DNA of 64,000 bases from the human T2T-CHM13v2.0 reference genome, Homo sapiens, in the NCBI RefSeq assembly GCF_009914755.1, contig NC_060929.1; one strand, written 5' to 3'. The notes under the pieces are model-generated. The model was not told where the DNA came from. It saw only the letters and a program-made list of their open reading frames with translations, and did no database searches. Made by a program: the position numbers and the translations under genes. Of this stretch, positions 13,631 through 26,552 are shown in pieces; the first letter of the stretch is position 1; each line of letters begins with the position of its first letter.

Positions 13631-14005
13631 TGCAGGGCACATTGGCTCATGCCTGTAATCCTGAAGTGTTAACACTTTAACCCTAACACTTTAATCCAAA
13701 CACTTTGGGAGGCCGAGGTGGGTGGATTGCTTGAGGCTGGAGTTTGACACCAGGCTGGATAACATGGTGAAACTCCATCTCTACTAAAAAAAAAAAAAAA
13801 AAAAAAAAAATTAGCCAGGCATGTAGTCCCAGCTACTAGGGAGGCTGAGGTGGGAGGATCACTTGAGCCTGGGACCCTGGGAAGTTGAGGCTGCAGTGAG
13901 CTTTGTGCCACTGCACTCCAGTCTGAGTGACAGAGTGAGCCTGTATTTCAAAAACAACAAACAAACAAGCAAACAAAAAACAAACAAAAAACCCCACCAC
14001 CAACA
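13631..14005 (+). mobile_element. AluJ with internal micro-rearrangements
   Basis: GGAGGATCACTTGAGCCT and GAGGCTGCAGTGAGC; TSD AAAACAAGACC at 13620-13630 and 14006-14016. Confidence 0.92.
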
Positions 14006-14924
14006 AAAACAAGACCATACATATTATAAGCATAAGTAAAACCATATATCAAATATATTATTAATAAATGACTACCTATTGGCCAGTTGATGAGAATGAG
14101 AACGTGGGCTCAGAAAAGAAAGAGAAAAATATTAAAACAAGAAAGAATCAACTGCGCACCTAGAAACAAAACATATTTCTCTAACCTCTCTGACCACACT
14201 CTCCTTGGTTTTTTTCCTAATTCATTTTCCTCTTTCCATCCCTACAACATTAATATTTTAATTATTGGCTCTTTCGTCTTGTTGCTTGGTAAGCAATTTC
14301 ACTATAGCTATGACATGAACAATGACCTAGTTCCAAATGAACATCTCCAGCCTCCTCCTGTCTTTTGACTCGTGGTCTTGTATTTCCAACTATTGACCAG
14401 ATTCCTGTATCACAAGTCCTTGAGTGCACCAAACACATCTCCAAGTGCCTGGGTCTTGCAGAGAACATGGTCTATAGAAATGGTGGTTTACCATCTTCTA
14501 GAGTTGTCTCTGGTCTCAAATTCATTTTGCCTGCAGGTGAAATGATGTGAAGTAGAAGGAGGTACAATAGTGTCAGAGGTCAAGCATTCTCTATTTTATG
14601 GTTTTCCTGACAATTGGCTCTGAGACATCCTGCTGCCCCAGAAATGGGATTAGAGGCTACACTGGTGGGACAATCCCTCTGGGGCTTTGCAGAGGTGTTC
14701 TCAGAATATTATCCCAGATTGTGTTAGGACTGGTATGTCAAAACGTGTTTGGCATTGCACAACATGCTGAGCACATAGGTATGCAAATATTTGAAGCTGA
14801 AATAAATATTAGAAGTCATGAAGTTTTGTGGTTATCAAGCTCGTCAAAGTGCTATTGTTTTCTAGTGAAGCCTCAGAGGTGGGCTTCTAGTCTGCCTACC
14901 CCATTTCAGCTAGAGGAACTTTGG

Positions 14925-15178
14925 TGAAGTGTGGAGTGGTAGGGAGCACAGACTTTGGGGCTGGAGTCGTATCCCAGACTCACTGGGTATGGCTGTGTGA
15001 TCTTGGGAAAGTTTTAATCTCTCTTTTCTTTAGTTTCTTTCTCTACAAAATGGAATTCATAGCTATCCTTGCCTTAGAGGATTTTGTGAAGATCAAGATA
15101 AGTGAAATACACATGAAGCATTTAAAACTGAGGCACCTGCAGAGTACATGCTCAAGGAATACGCTTATTGTTGCTGCT
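14925..15178 (+). mobile_element. MIR
   Basis: GCTGTGTGATCTTGGGAAAG...AGTTTCTTTCTCTACAAAATGG core. Confidence 0.85.
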
Positions 15179-15439
15179 CTGAATTTATTTCAGGTAATGG
15201 AACTTGGAATAAGAATTGATTTGAAAAAAAATTATTTAAAAAAGTTCAGAACTGCCAATTTTTAGTTTTTTCAATGATTTCACAGATAGAAAGGCCAAGA
15301 TTGACCCATAATCATGCAGTTATTAATAGAATGAGGATGAAATCTTAAGGACCCGACTCCCAGCCAGGACTCTGTCCAGCATACCTGTATCAGGTGCTGT
15401 GGACATCCCAGCTCCCTTCCTGTGTCAATCAATTCTTCT

Positions 15440-15860
15440 TGGGTCCCTAGCAAGAGAAACCAATCCAAACTGGCTTAACCAGAATAAGAATTTATCTAGC
15501 CCTGGCCACACCTGTATCCAGGTCTGCTAGCTCATATCTCCTTAGCTTAACAATCTCCCTACCTTTCCAAGGAAAACTCTGCCTAATTGTGACAAAACCC
15601 AATGACTTGCTCTCATGCTCTTATAGGCCCACCATGCTTGAGTGTATGTGCATTTCTGAACCAATTATTGTGGCCAAGGGGTCCAGCAACTCTTCCTGAC
15701 CAGTCATGGGTCAAGCATTTAATGCTGGAGCTGGAGATGGGTGGGTTAGTCATCCCCTCACACTGCAGTGGTTCTGAGCGTAAGAAGAGGATGCTCCCCT
15801 AATAACAATTGAAAAAAGAGGAATGATTTTTGGGAAGGCCAAAACAATAGAAGTCCTTAT
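15440..15860 (-). mobile_element. Old MaLR LTR (MLT1K/L-like)
   Basis: AGCAAGAGAAACCAATCCAAACTGGCTTAA; CTGAACCAATTATTGTGGCCAAGGGG. Confidence 0.65.
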
Positions 15861-18319
15861 TTCCAAAAATGGACTTAATCTCAAATACAGCTGAATAACT
15901 TAACAGTCCTAGAACTTAAAAGAATTGCACCATTTCAGTTTATATCATCAAGCAATTCACTCCTGATTAAATCCAATTCACCCCCATCCTTTGCTTCCCT
16001 TGATAGTTGCTGTCTTTACAGCCCACATGGCTGCTGATCTCTTGCTCTTTTTTATTCAACCAAAGACTGAAATGATCAGGAGGGTGCTTTTGTAAATTAG
16101 TAACTGAAGTTTAAAACGGACTGAGAAGTATGGTGTGTAACATTGTATGTGATTTCATTGCCATCAATTTTCCCTGAGTCTTTCAGTATTTGGGTACAAT
16201 TTGAGTGTGAGTGTTGTACCTTTGAGATCCTCTGGGAATATAGAATGTCACTCTTTGACTGTTAAATGGGTTGAGCTATGGGGATACAAGGACTCAGCAT
16301 GCTCAAGCTTCCTTTTCTGTTCCTAGAGCAATTCTAAGACACTGGCCTCTAAGTCCCTAAATAACTCAACCAGCACCTTTCCCCATGTGCCATAATCACA
16401 ATTAGCTTGACTTGAAGCGTTCCAGCTACAGTTTAGAAATTCAGCCTTCAGGAAAAGAGGAGATGAAACTTCCCGTGGAGGGTCCTCATTTGTAGAAATT
16501 TCTCTGCCTGCCCTGATTGGCAAAGCCCTAGTGAGAAAAACTTTCTTTTTATTACAGTGAGTCACTGATGCTAATATATGGCACTCAATGTTGTTTGCTA
16601 TCTATTTTAATTAAACATTATTTTGCACTGGCTCCCTGAAGAGTATGCATCACAGAAAAGCACAATTTCATAAATCTAATAAACAACTAAACAAATACAT
16701 GCCTTTGTGCATTGATACCACTTGAAATCTCTGTATTTTCATAAGTTTGTTCTGTATGATTGCAAAGACAGTTATTTGTACTTATTTGTGCATGAGTAAT
16801 TCCTCCAGTTTCCTTGGAAGTAAAGCCAAAGGCAGACATTGGCTGCTTCTCTGCACATTTCTATGTGTACAGAGGGATCTATAAATATGAGTGCTCCTAC
16901 TTTCAGAGTTTGAAAATAAAACGACCAAATATTTTTTGAATGGAACTGGTCCTGCTTTTAATTCATACCAGCTCTCTGGAAAACTTGCTAATAAAACCAC
17001 TGTAACAATCACGTGTTTCTTTGGAAACATCAGTATAATTAGCCCTTTCAAGAAGAGGACAAAACTGTATTGGAAACCTCAATTTGAAATACAGTGAAGC
17101 CAAATACCTAATTATAGTGCTGCAGTCTTTTTTCTTTTCCTTTATTTCCTGGCAAAACATTATTTTATGCCTTTGTTCCCCTTCAATGGCCATAATAGTC
17201 TTGGCATAAACCTTGCAGGTAGGTGGGAAAATCTCCTGAGTATTCCTTGTTCTGTTGGAGGATATTCTTGGAAATAACCAAACAAGTAGTCTGCTTAGAG
17301 GGCTACCCCTGGAAAGTCAGGAGGAGTCTTTTCTCAGCCACACTCCTGACAAACATTTCTGTTTCTTCTCCCCTCCCATCCCCAGGAGGCTCGGTACCCT
17401 TGAATCTTTCCTTCCTCATTTGCATTCCCTTCCTGCACAAGGAAAGGATTATTCTCAATTTACACAGTAGGATGGGCTTTCAGAGTAAAGGAAGATCTTT
17501 GAAGGCCCTGGGATGGCTTGTGGAGAAGCCTCCTTTGAAAATTTAAACTGGAAACCTTACTTCCTCCAGGAGCGTTTGGCTTCTAAGCATTGTATATAGA
17601 ATGAAATGTTTTGTCCCCTAGTGAAAGGAATTTCTCTATAAGCGGGATGGGGAAATATTTGTGTTTTGGGAGTCGTTCTCTGGGGGAAGGGAAACTGGAA
17701 GAACAAATAACATAAGCATAATAAATACAGCTGGTGAAAGCTGAGATTTCCAAGTGACTGCTTCAGTGCTCTAACTGTAGCCCTTGAGGTTAGAAGTTAA
17801 AACACCTCACTTTGCACCTGACTTAATGACTACCCTGAGGGAAGAATTGTTCTGGTTGATAGGATTAGGTCTCTCTTTACTTCTTGATTGTGCCTGAAGC
17901 ATGGAAGGAGCTGAACAATGAGGATCTCAAATACTCTAGTGCCATTTCGCCATCACAATACCTAAAACACATCTGATTCTATTGGTTATCTTGATTTTCA
18001 GCCATTACCATAGCTTCCTAATGAAAGCTTACATTGCAAATTAGGGATGTTAAAGAGGAAAGGCAAATTAGTGGGAACATTTGCACTTGAATTTGATTTC
18101 TAGGAAACCACTCATTTAGTGTTTTCTTTATTATTTTTTTCAAATATGTGAATGAGTTGCAAAATTTTAAATGAAAACTATGTTTGAAACATATCTGGAG
18201 ACCCAGGGTACCATCACTAGTAATTACCTTTTCTCTGGAAATGATTTGAAAAGTTGTCAATAAGCCTTTCCCAACTTGTAGCTTTCTGAGGCACTGAGGA
18301 TGAAATCTAGAATTATTTA

Positions 18320-18755
18320 CCATAGTTTATCAGGACTTCAACACCTGACACTGCTTAACTCTTTAGCCTCTTTGTTCTCATATTCTACTTTCTTTGAACT
18401 TTTTCTGGAACTGGAGTCCACCCTACTTTCTCTTGCTTCTAAGAGTCTGTATGCATTTCCCTAGCCTGGAATACTCTTTGCCTCACTGTTCATCTGGTCA
18501 ACTCTTATTTAGCTTCAAATTTCAACTTAAACACCATGTACTTTTCTGGACCACAGAAGAGGTTGGTTTTCTTGTTATTTATGCTCTTAATACTCTGTCC
18601 AACTTTTGAAACCCTCTTTCCCCACCCCATCAAATTTGTTGTTGTTTTTTTCAATGTCTTTCTTTGTCACTAGAGTGTAAGCTTCCTGAGGACAAGTATT
18701 GTATTTTTGTCTTGTTCACCACTACTAGCACTAGCCTCAGCACATAATATTGCTA
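18320..18755 (+). mobile_element. L2 3' region
   Basis: GCCTGGAATACTCTT; CACTAGAGTGTAAGCTTCCTGAGGACAAG...CTTGTTCACC. Confidence 0.75.
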
Positions 18756-19654
18756 GGCTGGAGTCTACATTCTGACCTTATCTGAACAGCTCACTCTCTA
18801 ACCCTATGGAATCAGCCTAACTTCCTGTCTTTGCTTTTGCAGGACAAGTAGGCAATTCAATTGCAAAAGGATCCAGCTTACTCTTGATTTAACCTAATTG
18901 CTCTCTCAATCTTTGCCACATACTCTTAGCTCCACAAGAACTTTCCATTATTAATGCAGCTTGATTTGGGACCATTAAATTGTTTAAATTGTAATCAGCT
19001 TTAAAAATTATTTTATCAACTTTTTGCTTCTTTAATATTTTTAAAGCATGCAAGTCCCGAGTCATCTACACATAGCCTTAAATCTCTATAGGTGGTGATC
19101 ACACTGAGTCAAATGACATTTGTAAAGGGAAAGTTACACCTTTGAAAATTTACATAGGAAATAATACTTTGATTAAATTAAGGATAAGCATTTTAATCGT
19201 TTTCTTGGACATTTTCTTCCAAAATTTTACAAAAATAGAAACTGTCTTTTCATCCTTACCCCCTACCCCTTCTTTCCCATCCAAACTTATCCTGGTATTC
19301 ATAACTTCTACAGAAAGGGTGACATCTGGAACTAATTTATGATAACTTCATCATCTTTGCAGCATTTCTGGAACTTGCTCAGAGAAGTTAGAATCTTTCC
19401 AGTCTAAGAAAATATACTTTCAGGCAAACATTTTCAGTAAAATATTTCTGAGGAATAAAACCTATTTACCTACTATTGAATGTTGAACACAAATTTCTTA
19501 TGCCCTCATATTTCCCTGAATTGGTTGTAGTCATTAAGGATCAAAATAACAGCTCCGGGAAAACCCAGAAACAGCAGAGGGTCTATCAACAATATGAGGA
19601 GACTTCCGATTGAATGAACTGTCACCTGTATCCTGCATAGTTTCTTAATCCTGA

Positions 19655-19765
19655 GCATTGATCAAGTATTGACCGTAGGCCAGATGCTATGCTAGGTTTT
19701 GGAAGGCTGCACTGTGTATAAGACACAGTCCTTGCCCCAGGAGCTCTTTGCAGTGTCTACTAAAG
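19655..19765 (-). mobile_element. L2 3' end fragment
   Basis: GCCAGATGCTATGCTAGG...AAGACACAGTCCTTGCCCCAGGAGCT. Confidence 0.7.
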
Positions 19766-20689
19766 GAATTTAGAGTAATCTCTGGGTGAGTGCAAGTCAT
19801 GGATACATAAAATGAGGTCACCTATGGCAGGAATCTGAGAGTTTCTTATGCCACCACCTCCCTGTGCTATTGTAAAGCACATAATGGCATTTTAGAGATG
19901 ACGAAAATTTTGGTGTATGATTGGAAACACAAGGATGAAGAATATCTTAAAGTGGGTGCACAAAGTTGGCAGAAGCTTGTTTGGCCTTTGCTTCAAGTCT
20001 CCTGCAGTTTCAGCTTCAGTGCTGATTCTCCTTGAATTTGCTTGTGTTACCACAACGTTACCTGGGTTATTACTTACCCTCTATATTCCCATTTTAATAG
20101 TGACAGGGAAAGGATCAAGTGTAGTCAAAATGCAAGGACATTTCCTTAGCCTAAGAAGGCCTATTTAGAATAGAAGGTTAAAATATTAAAGAAGTAGGAA
20201 AGCTCTTTTTTTGGTTTATGAAAAATTCAAGTTGTGTAAGGCCTTCTGGGAATTGAACATTTGTATAAGTTTGGCAGTGCCTGGATTTATTTATTTATAC
20301 CCTGCCTATTCTATAACTGGTTTCAAGCAGACTAAAATGAAACATGAAATGCCCCAAAATCACATGTGTTAAGGTGGGATAAAATAAATAAAAACAGAGG
20401 CAAACACAAAGTGGTTTTTGAATAAGCCTAAAGACACCTACTATAAAGACACCTACTAAGACACATCTATAAAAGGTAAACCAGAATTGTGTCTATGATT
20501 CCTGACATCAAGTTAGCACAAAATAAATGGTAGTTGCCTTTGAAAAAAAACTTCTGTATAATTACCATCTCTTTCTGATTCATTGAATTGAGTTGTGTAG
20601 CTTGGTCTTCCTCAGGGGTAACTAAGTTGACAGGTTATTTTCTGTTTTCTGTCAAACTGTTCAAGAGATTGCATAATCCTTGGGCAGCA

Positions 20690-20775
20690 GCTTGTTCTTT
20701 ATAACTGTGGCATCTGGCAGAGCGCCTAGCACATACTGGGTGCTGAATAAACACTGGCTGACTGGCTCAGTAAGT
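20690..20775 (+). mobile_element. L2 3' terminal fragment
   Basis: AGAGCGCCTAGCACATACTGGGTGCTGAATAAA. Confidence 0.6.
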
Positions 20776-20938
20776 GAGGGAATTAAAAAATGTGAATCAG
20801 GATGATCTGCCAAATTGGGACAGGGGTTCAACTTTCCTGAACTGATCCTGTTTCTTGGGATGCTGCTATGAAGTGTCTGAAGTTTTGAATAACTGCTACA
20901 AGGAGAATCAGCAAAAAGGAAAGTTAGTGATGGACTTA

Positions 20939-20941
<3 letters not shown>

Positions 20942-20985
<44 letters not shown>

Positions 20986-21000
20986 AAAGAGAGAGAGAGA
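20942..21000. repeat. (TG)n followed by (AG)n microsatellite
   Basis: About 21 uninterrupted TG units then AG units. Confidence 0.97.
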
Positions 21001-22845
21001 AATCAATTCTATAAATTGTTTGTTGAAAGGTAAGTTGTAGCCCATGTAGTAAAATCCTTATTGAACAGGAGTGTCTCTAGCTACACTCTGGAACAGAGAA
21101 AGTCTTGAGTATTCACCCTATCATCTCTCTAGTTGCATCAGTATGTTCAGGTTGGCCCTATGAGAGAAGTAGATGCTTCGGTAGCATCTCACTCTTTGTC
21201 TCCCGGACCACAGGAGATATTCAAAGGTTATTACTCAGCAGCTATACAAAATAAGGAACAGAATTGCTTCCTAAATCCTGCTATGTAGCAGTGAGTAATG
21301 TGTGTCTTTGTGTCTATGTAAGCTGGCCTCCTGGGGAGGAGGAAGTGTGAGCTGGAGTGCCAGGAATCAAGGGGTGATAATGACGGTGGTGGTGTGTTTG
21401 TGTGTGAAATAGTATGAACTTCTACTTTCGATTGCAGCTGATTTTCCCCATAACGTATCAAGAGCAAACACTTACTCAGTTCTTGTCTCCACAACTGAAC
21501 TTATCCCAAAACTTTGTCTAAGGTTTGTTGAGTGATTCATATTTCTCCCATTAACATATGTTTAATCTTTGCAACCCTATTCCCTTGACTTATGCTAAGA
21601 AAAATTCACTTCCTCACGGCCCTGAGCTCCAGTTCAAATATTCCCCCATTAACTGACAAAGAAGAACTACTTCTTATTCATTATAAGATTCCTCTTGACT
21701 ATACGGGATAATGTAAATTTTTTTATCCCACCATTTTTTCAAAGTATATAGTTCACAAGATTACTTTGATAACTGTGTAACTTCTTTTGTGTCCGGAAAC
21801 ATTGATGTGATCAGGTTCAATCCTGTGTGTGCATCTGTGGATCTGAAGACTGAGAACTCTGTCTCTGTGCAGATGACTTGACTTTACCTAGACAACGTTT
21901 TTTACATAATCTGGTCCAATTGTGAGTCCTTTTCTGCTTTCACAATGGCGTACTCTAGGATGCTTCAGACTGCCCTTCGCTGAGACTGTGTTCTGAATAG
22001 ATAAAGAAAATAGGGCCACATGTTAGCAGTTTTGCTGAATCTAGATGGCTGCTATATTTGTATTTGTTTTACCATTCTTTGAACATTTTGTATCTTTAAA
22101 GTTTTTCACAATAAAAAATTTGAAAAAGGCTGTGTACTCTGAGGAGAAATGAAACATCAATGGGGAAAAAAAGAAGAAATGTCAATGGGAAGAACACGGT
22201 GGGTGGGAGGGGATGGGACTTCTTTTAGGTTTCAGTCTGTGTCCAAATATTAGATATTGTATAGCTGAAATGTTGATGGGTGATTCAACATTTACTTCTG
22301 AAACTGATACTAGAGAGACTTAGTGAAACTCTGCAAATGCTCCAGGGGATGAGAGTGGGGAGTGGGTAAGCTTTTTTCATCAAAACTTTTCCTATGTTTT
22401 ATCTAACCTGGGGTCCCAGGTAGGGTGCCTGTGGTAACTGTCTTTTGTCAGGAATAGAAATCAGTCATTGAAAAGTTTCCACCAAATAGAGGATGAGTGT
22501 CTCTGCTTATTCCAGAGTGAACAGAGGGCATACCATGTGACTCTTCTGTCACCACTTTACTGAATTTGGACAAAATATGACAACATTTCCCTAGGAAAAA
22601 AAAGTAACAGAGGAATCCTAAAAAACTTCTGCTTCTTCTCAGATCTCAAAAAGAATGTGAAGAAGGAGAATACATGGTTATTAGGCCCCTTCAAAAGAAA
22701 CAGAGAAAAGGTGTCATTAAGAGGGCAAAGGACTATAGAAAGGGCATTCTGGGCCCAGGAGACAAATGCTATTTATTTCATAGTTTTGACTTTTCAGGGT
22801 AGCAAGAAGTCAGTATTCAATACATGTTTAATACATATTGTAAAC

Positions 22846-23064
22846 GAGGGGTTGGCAAACTATGGTCAGTGAGTCAAACCCAACTTGCTGTCTATTTTTG
22901 TATGACCCAGGGACTCAGAATGGCTTCTGCATTTTTAAATGTAAAAAAAAAAAAAATATTTGCATGAGAACAGTTGTTCAAGAGTTGAGGACATTGCATC
23001 TTGGCTTGCAACATTTCATATATTTACTATCTGTCCATTTGCAGAAAAAGTGTGCCAACTCCTG
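22846..23064. mobile_element. MER58-type hAT-Charlie non-autonomous element
   Basis: TIRs GAGGGGTTGGCAAAC / GTGTGCCAACTCCTG; 8-bp TSD TTGTAAAC / TTATAAAC. Confidence 0.88.
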
Positions 23065-23074
23065 TTATAAACTA

Positions 23075-23243
23075 TACTAAATACTACAGGTGCACAATCA
23101 CTTTTAATCTTCACAGCACCCCTTGGACACAGGCACATTACTTTCCCCAGTTCACAAATGAGGGGATCTTGGCTCAGCTGACTTAAGTAACTCACCCAAC
23201 ACCAGACAACAAGAATATGGCCAAGTTGGGATTGGAACCTGGG
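23075..23243 (-). mobile_element. MIR (interrupted by MLT2; short remainder at about 23662-23695)
   Basis: CCCCAGTTCACAAATGAGG...TTAAGTAACTCACCCAA...GGATTGGAACCTGGG. Confidence 0.8.
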
Positions 23244-23656
23244 TATGTTAGTCAGGGTTCTCCAGAGAAACAGAACTGATAGGATGTTTATAGAGAGAGA
23301 TTTATTTTAAGGAATTGGCTTGCATAATTATGGAGGCTGTCAAGTCCAAAATCTGCAGGGTGAGCCAGCAGGCAGCACACTTAGGAAGAACTGATGATGT
23401 AGTTCTAGTCCATAGGCTGTCTGCCGCAGAACTCCCTGTTGCTCCAGAGAGGTCATCCTTTTTGTTCTATTCAGGCCTTCAACTGATTGATGAAGTATAC
23501 CCACATTATAGAGGGTAGTCTGCTTTACTCAAAGTCCACCAATTTAAGGGTTAATCTCATCCAAACATACCTTCACAGAAACATGCAGAATAATGTTTGA
23601 ACAAATATCTGGGCACCACGGCCCAGGCAAGTTGACACATAAAATTAACCGTCACA
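23244..23656 (-). mobile_element. MLT2 (ERVL) solo LTR, MLT2C/D-like
   Basis: TTAGTCAGGGTTCTCCAGAGAAACAGAAC...AAGTTGACACATAAAATTAACCGTCACA; TSD CTGGG at 23239-23243 and 23657-23661. Confidence 0.93.
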
Positions 23657-23946
23657 CTGGGTCTAACCGAGCAAGAACATTTGCTTATCTCTATCCTAGA
23701 CAACTCTCTAATGATCTTTTGTTATTGTCTGTAAGAAAGAATTGTCTTTTAAAACTGGGAATGCCTACCAACTTTCCTCATATGCCCTTAGTGAAGTGAG
23801 TTTTAATTTGGCATATCCAGAAAAGTTACTCCTCACAGAATGCACAGATTCTCCTGTGCATCAGGAGATCCAAGTGGGCTAGTCCTTTTCCCTATCCCTA
23901 ATAACTTTGTGAACACCCTTTGCATGTAGAAAACAAAATACAAATG

Positions 23947-24568
23947 CAGTTGATCCTTGAGCAACACGAGTTTGAACTGTGAGAGTCCTCCTACATGCAG
24001 ATTTTTCTCAATAAATGTATTAGAACATGTTTTGGAGATTTGCAATAATCTGAAAAAATTCACAGATGAACTGCAGCCTAGAAATATTGAAAAAAATGAA
24101 GGAAAGGTTTAATATGCCATGAATCCATCAAATATATGTAGATACTAGTCTGTTTTATCATTTAGTGCTATAAAATATACAGGAATATATGATAAAATTT
24201 TAAAATTTATTAAAACTTAGGTACACAAAGACTATACAGGCATTATTTACAATTGAGAGAAATGTAAACAGATGTAAAGACCTTTACGATGATCCACTTT
24301 CACTTAATGAATAGTAAATATATTTTCTGTTTCTTATGATTTTCTTAATAACATTTTCTTTCTGTAGCTTACATAGTTGTAATAACACAGTATATAATAC
24401 ATATAACATAAAAAATACATGCTAATCAACTGTATGTTCTTGGTAATGCTTCTCGTCAACAGCAGGCTATTAGTAGTTAAGTTTTTGGGGAGTCAAAATT
24501 TTTACTCAGATTTTTGAATATGTGGGGAGTAGGCACACTTAGCCCCCACAGTGTTCATGGGTCAGCTG
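23947..24568. mobile_element. Tigger2-family (TcMar) internally deleted element
   Basis: TIR CAGTTGATCCTTGAGCAACACGAGTTTGAACTG and right end TGTTCATGGGTCAGCTG-TA. Confidence 0.88.
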
Positions 24569-24936
24569 TATAGTCTTGGAGCAACACTTAGGAACTTCCA
24601 AGAATGTAGAAAGAATTCTGATACTCTTATGCTAGTCTAGTTTCTCTTGATAGAAACTTTTAGAGTGGCATATTAATGTTTTTGTTTAGATTGTGACTAA
24701 GTGGCATTCTTGGAGTCCAGCATATTTTAATTTGTAGCCTTAAGTCTGTAATAAAGGTAGATTTCAAATATAAATTAAAGTAAAATATTTATAGGAATCA
24801 GTTGGCAATTAATATGTACTAATAACTCTTTTAAAATAAAAATATAATGTATATAAACATGGTATTTGAATATCTCTTACTAAAGAAGACCTTATAGAGC
24901 TAATTTACAATAAATAAAATTTTGTTTGTTTTGATC

Positions 24937-26377
24937 TTTTTGTTTTTTTTTTTAATTAAGTTCTGGGATACATGTGCAGAACGTGCAGGTTTCTTACATA
25001 GATATACATGTGCCATGGTAGTTTGCTTCAACCATCAACCCATCATCTACATTAAGTATTTCTCCTAATGCTATCCCTCCCCTTGCCCCCCACCCATGAC
25101 AGGCCTCAGTGTGTGATGTTCCCCACCTTGTGCCCATATGTTCTCATTGTTCAACTCCCACTTATGGGTGAGAATGTGTGGTGTTTCGTTTTCTGTTCCT
25201 GTGTTAGTTTGCTGAGAATGATGGTTTGCAGCTTCATCCATGTCACTGCAAAGGCATTTAGGTTGGTTCCAAGTCTTTGCTATTGTGAATAGTGCTGTAA
25301 TAAACATATGTGTGCATGTGTCTTTATAGTAAAATGATTTATAATCCTTTGGGTATATACCCAGTAATGAGATTACTAGGTCAAATGGTATTTCTGGTTG
25401 TAGATCCTTGAGGAATATCATTCTTTTTTATGGCTGCATAGTATTCAGTCATGTATATGTGCCACATTTTCTCTATCCAGTCTGTTATTGATGGGCATTT
25501 GGGTTGGTTCCAAGTCTTTGCTATTATGAATAGTGCTGCAATAAACATACATGCGTCTTTATAATAGAATGATTTATATTCCTTCAGGTATGTACCCAGT
25601 AATGGGATTGCTGGGTCAAATGGTATTTCTAGTTCTAGATCCTTGAGGAATCACCACACCATCTCGCACAATGGTTCAACTAATTTACCCTCCCACCAAC
25701 AGTGTAAAAGCGTTCCTAATTCTCCACATCCTCTGCAGCATTTGTTATTTCCTGACTTTTTAATGATCGCCATTCTAACTGGCATGAGATAGTATCTCAT
25801 TCTGGTTTTGATCTGCATTTCTCTAATGACCAGTGAGGATGAGCTTTTTTCCTATGTTTGTTGGCTGCATAAATGTCTTCTTTTGAGAAGTATCTTTTCA
25901 TATCCTTCACCCACTTTTTGATGGGGTTGTTTTTCTTCTTGTAAATTTATTTAAGTTCCTTGTAGATTCTGATGTTAGCCTTTTGTCAGATGGCTAGATT
26001 GCAAAAATTTCCTCCCATTCTGTAGGTTGCCTGTCCACTCTGATGATAGTTTCTTTTGCTGTGCAGAAGCTCTAGTTTAATTAGATTCCATTTGTCAATT
26101 TTGGCTTTTGTTGCAATTGCTTTTGGTGTTTTAGTCATGAAGTCCTTGCCCATGCCTATGTCCTGAATGGTATTACCTAGGTTTTCTTCTAGGGTTTTTA
26201 TTGCTTGAGGTCTTACATTTAAGTCTTGAATCCATCTTGAGTTAATTTTTGTATAAGGTGTAAGGACAGGGTCCAGTTTCAGTTTTCTGCATATGCCTAG
26301 CCAGTTTTCCCAGCACCATTTATTCAGTAGGGAATCCTTTCCCTCTTGCTTGTTTTTGTCAGGTTTGTCAAAGATCA
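24937..26377 (-). mobile_element. L1PA (about PA7) 3' part: poly(A), 3'UTR and end of ORF2, with an internal 160-bp duplication
   Basis: Antisense L1PA 3'UTR; ORF2 peptide [26 protein letters not shown] in ORF 25986-26390. Confidence 0.95.
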
Positions 26378-26409
26378 AACCTTTGATCAAATCACAGCCT
26401 GGGCTTCAA

Positions 26410-26552
26410 GGTCCTACCGATATGTGATGTCATCCCCGGAGGCCCAGCTGTAAAATTCCTCTCTTTGTACTCTTTCTCTTTATTTCTCAGCTGGCCGACA
26501 CTTACAGAAAATAGAACCTACGTTGAAATATTGGAGGTGGGTTCCACTGATA
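26410..26552 (+). mobile_element. MER11 (HERV-K11 LTR) 3' terminal fragment
   Basis: GGCCCAGCTGTAAAATTCCTCTCTTTGTACTCTTTCTC...AACCTACGTTGAAATATTGG...GATA matches the MER11 3' end. Confidence 0.85.

Noticed and set aside
18817-18842. Strong branch point (CTAAC) plus polypyrimidine tract and CAG acceptor
   Set aside because: No convincing downstream donor or reading frame.
20430-20472. Three short AAGACACCTAC-like units
   Set aside because: An ordinary slippage tandem with no spacers; not CRISPR-like.
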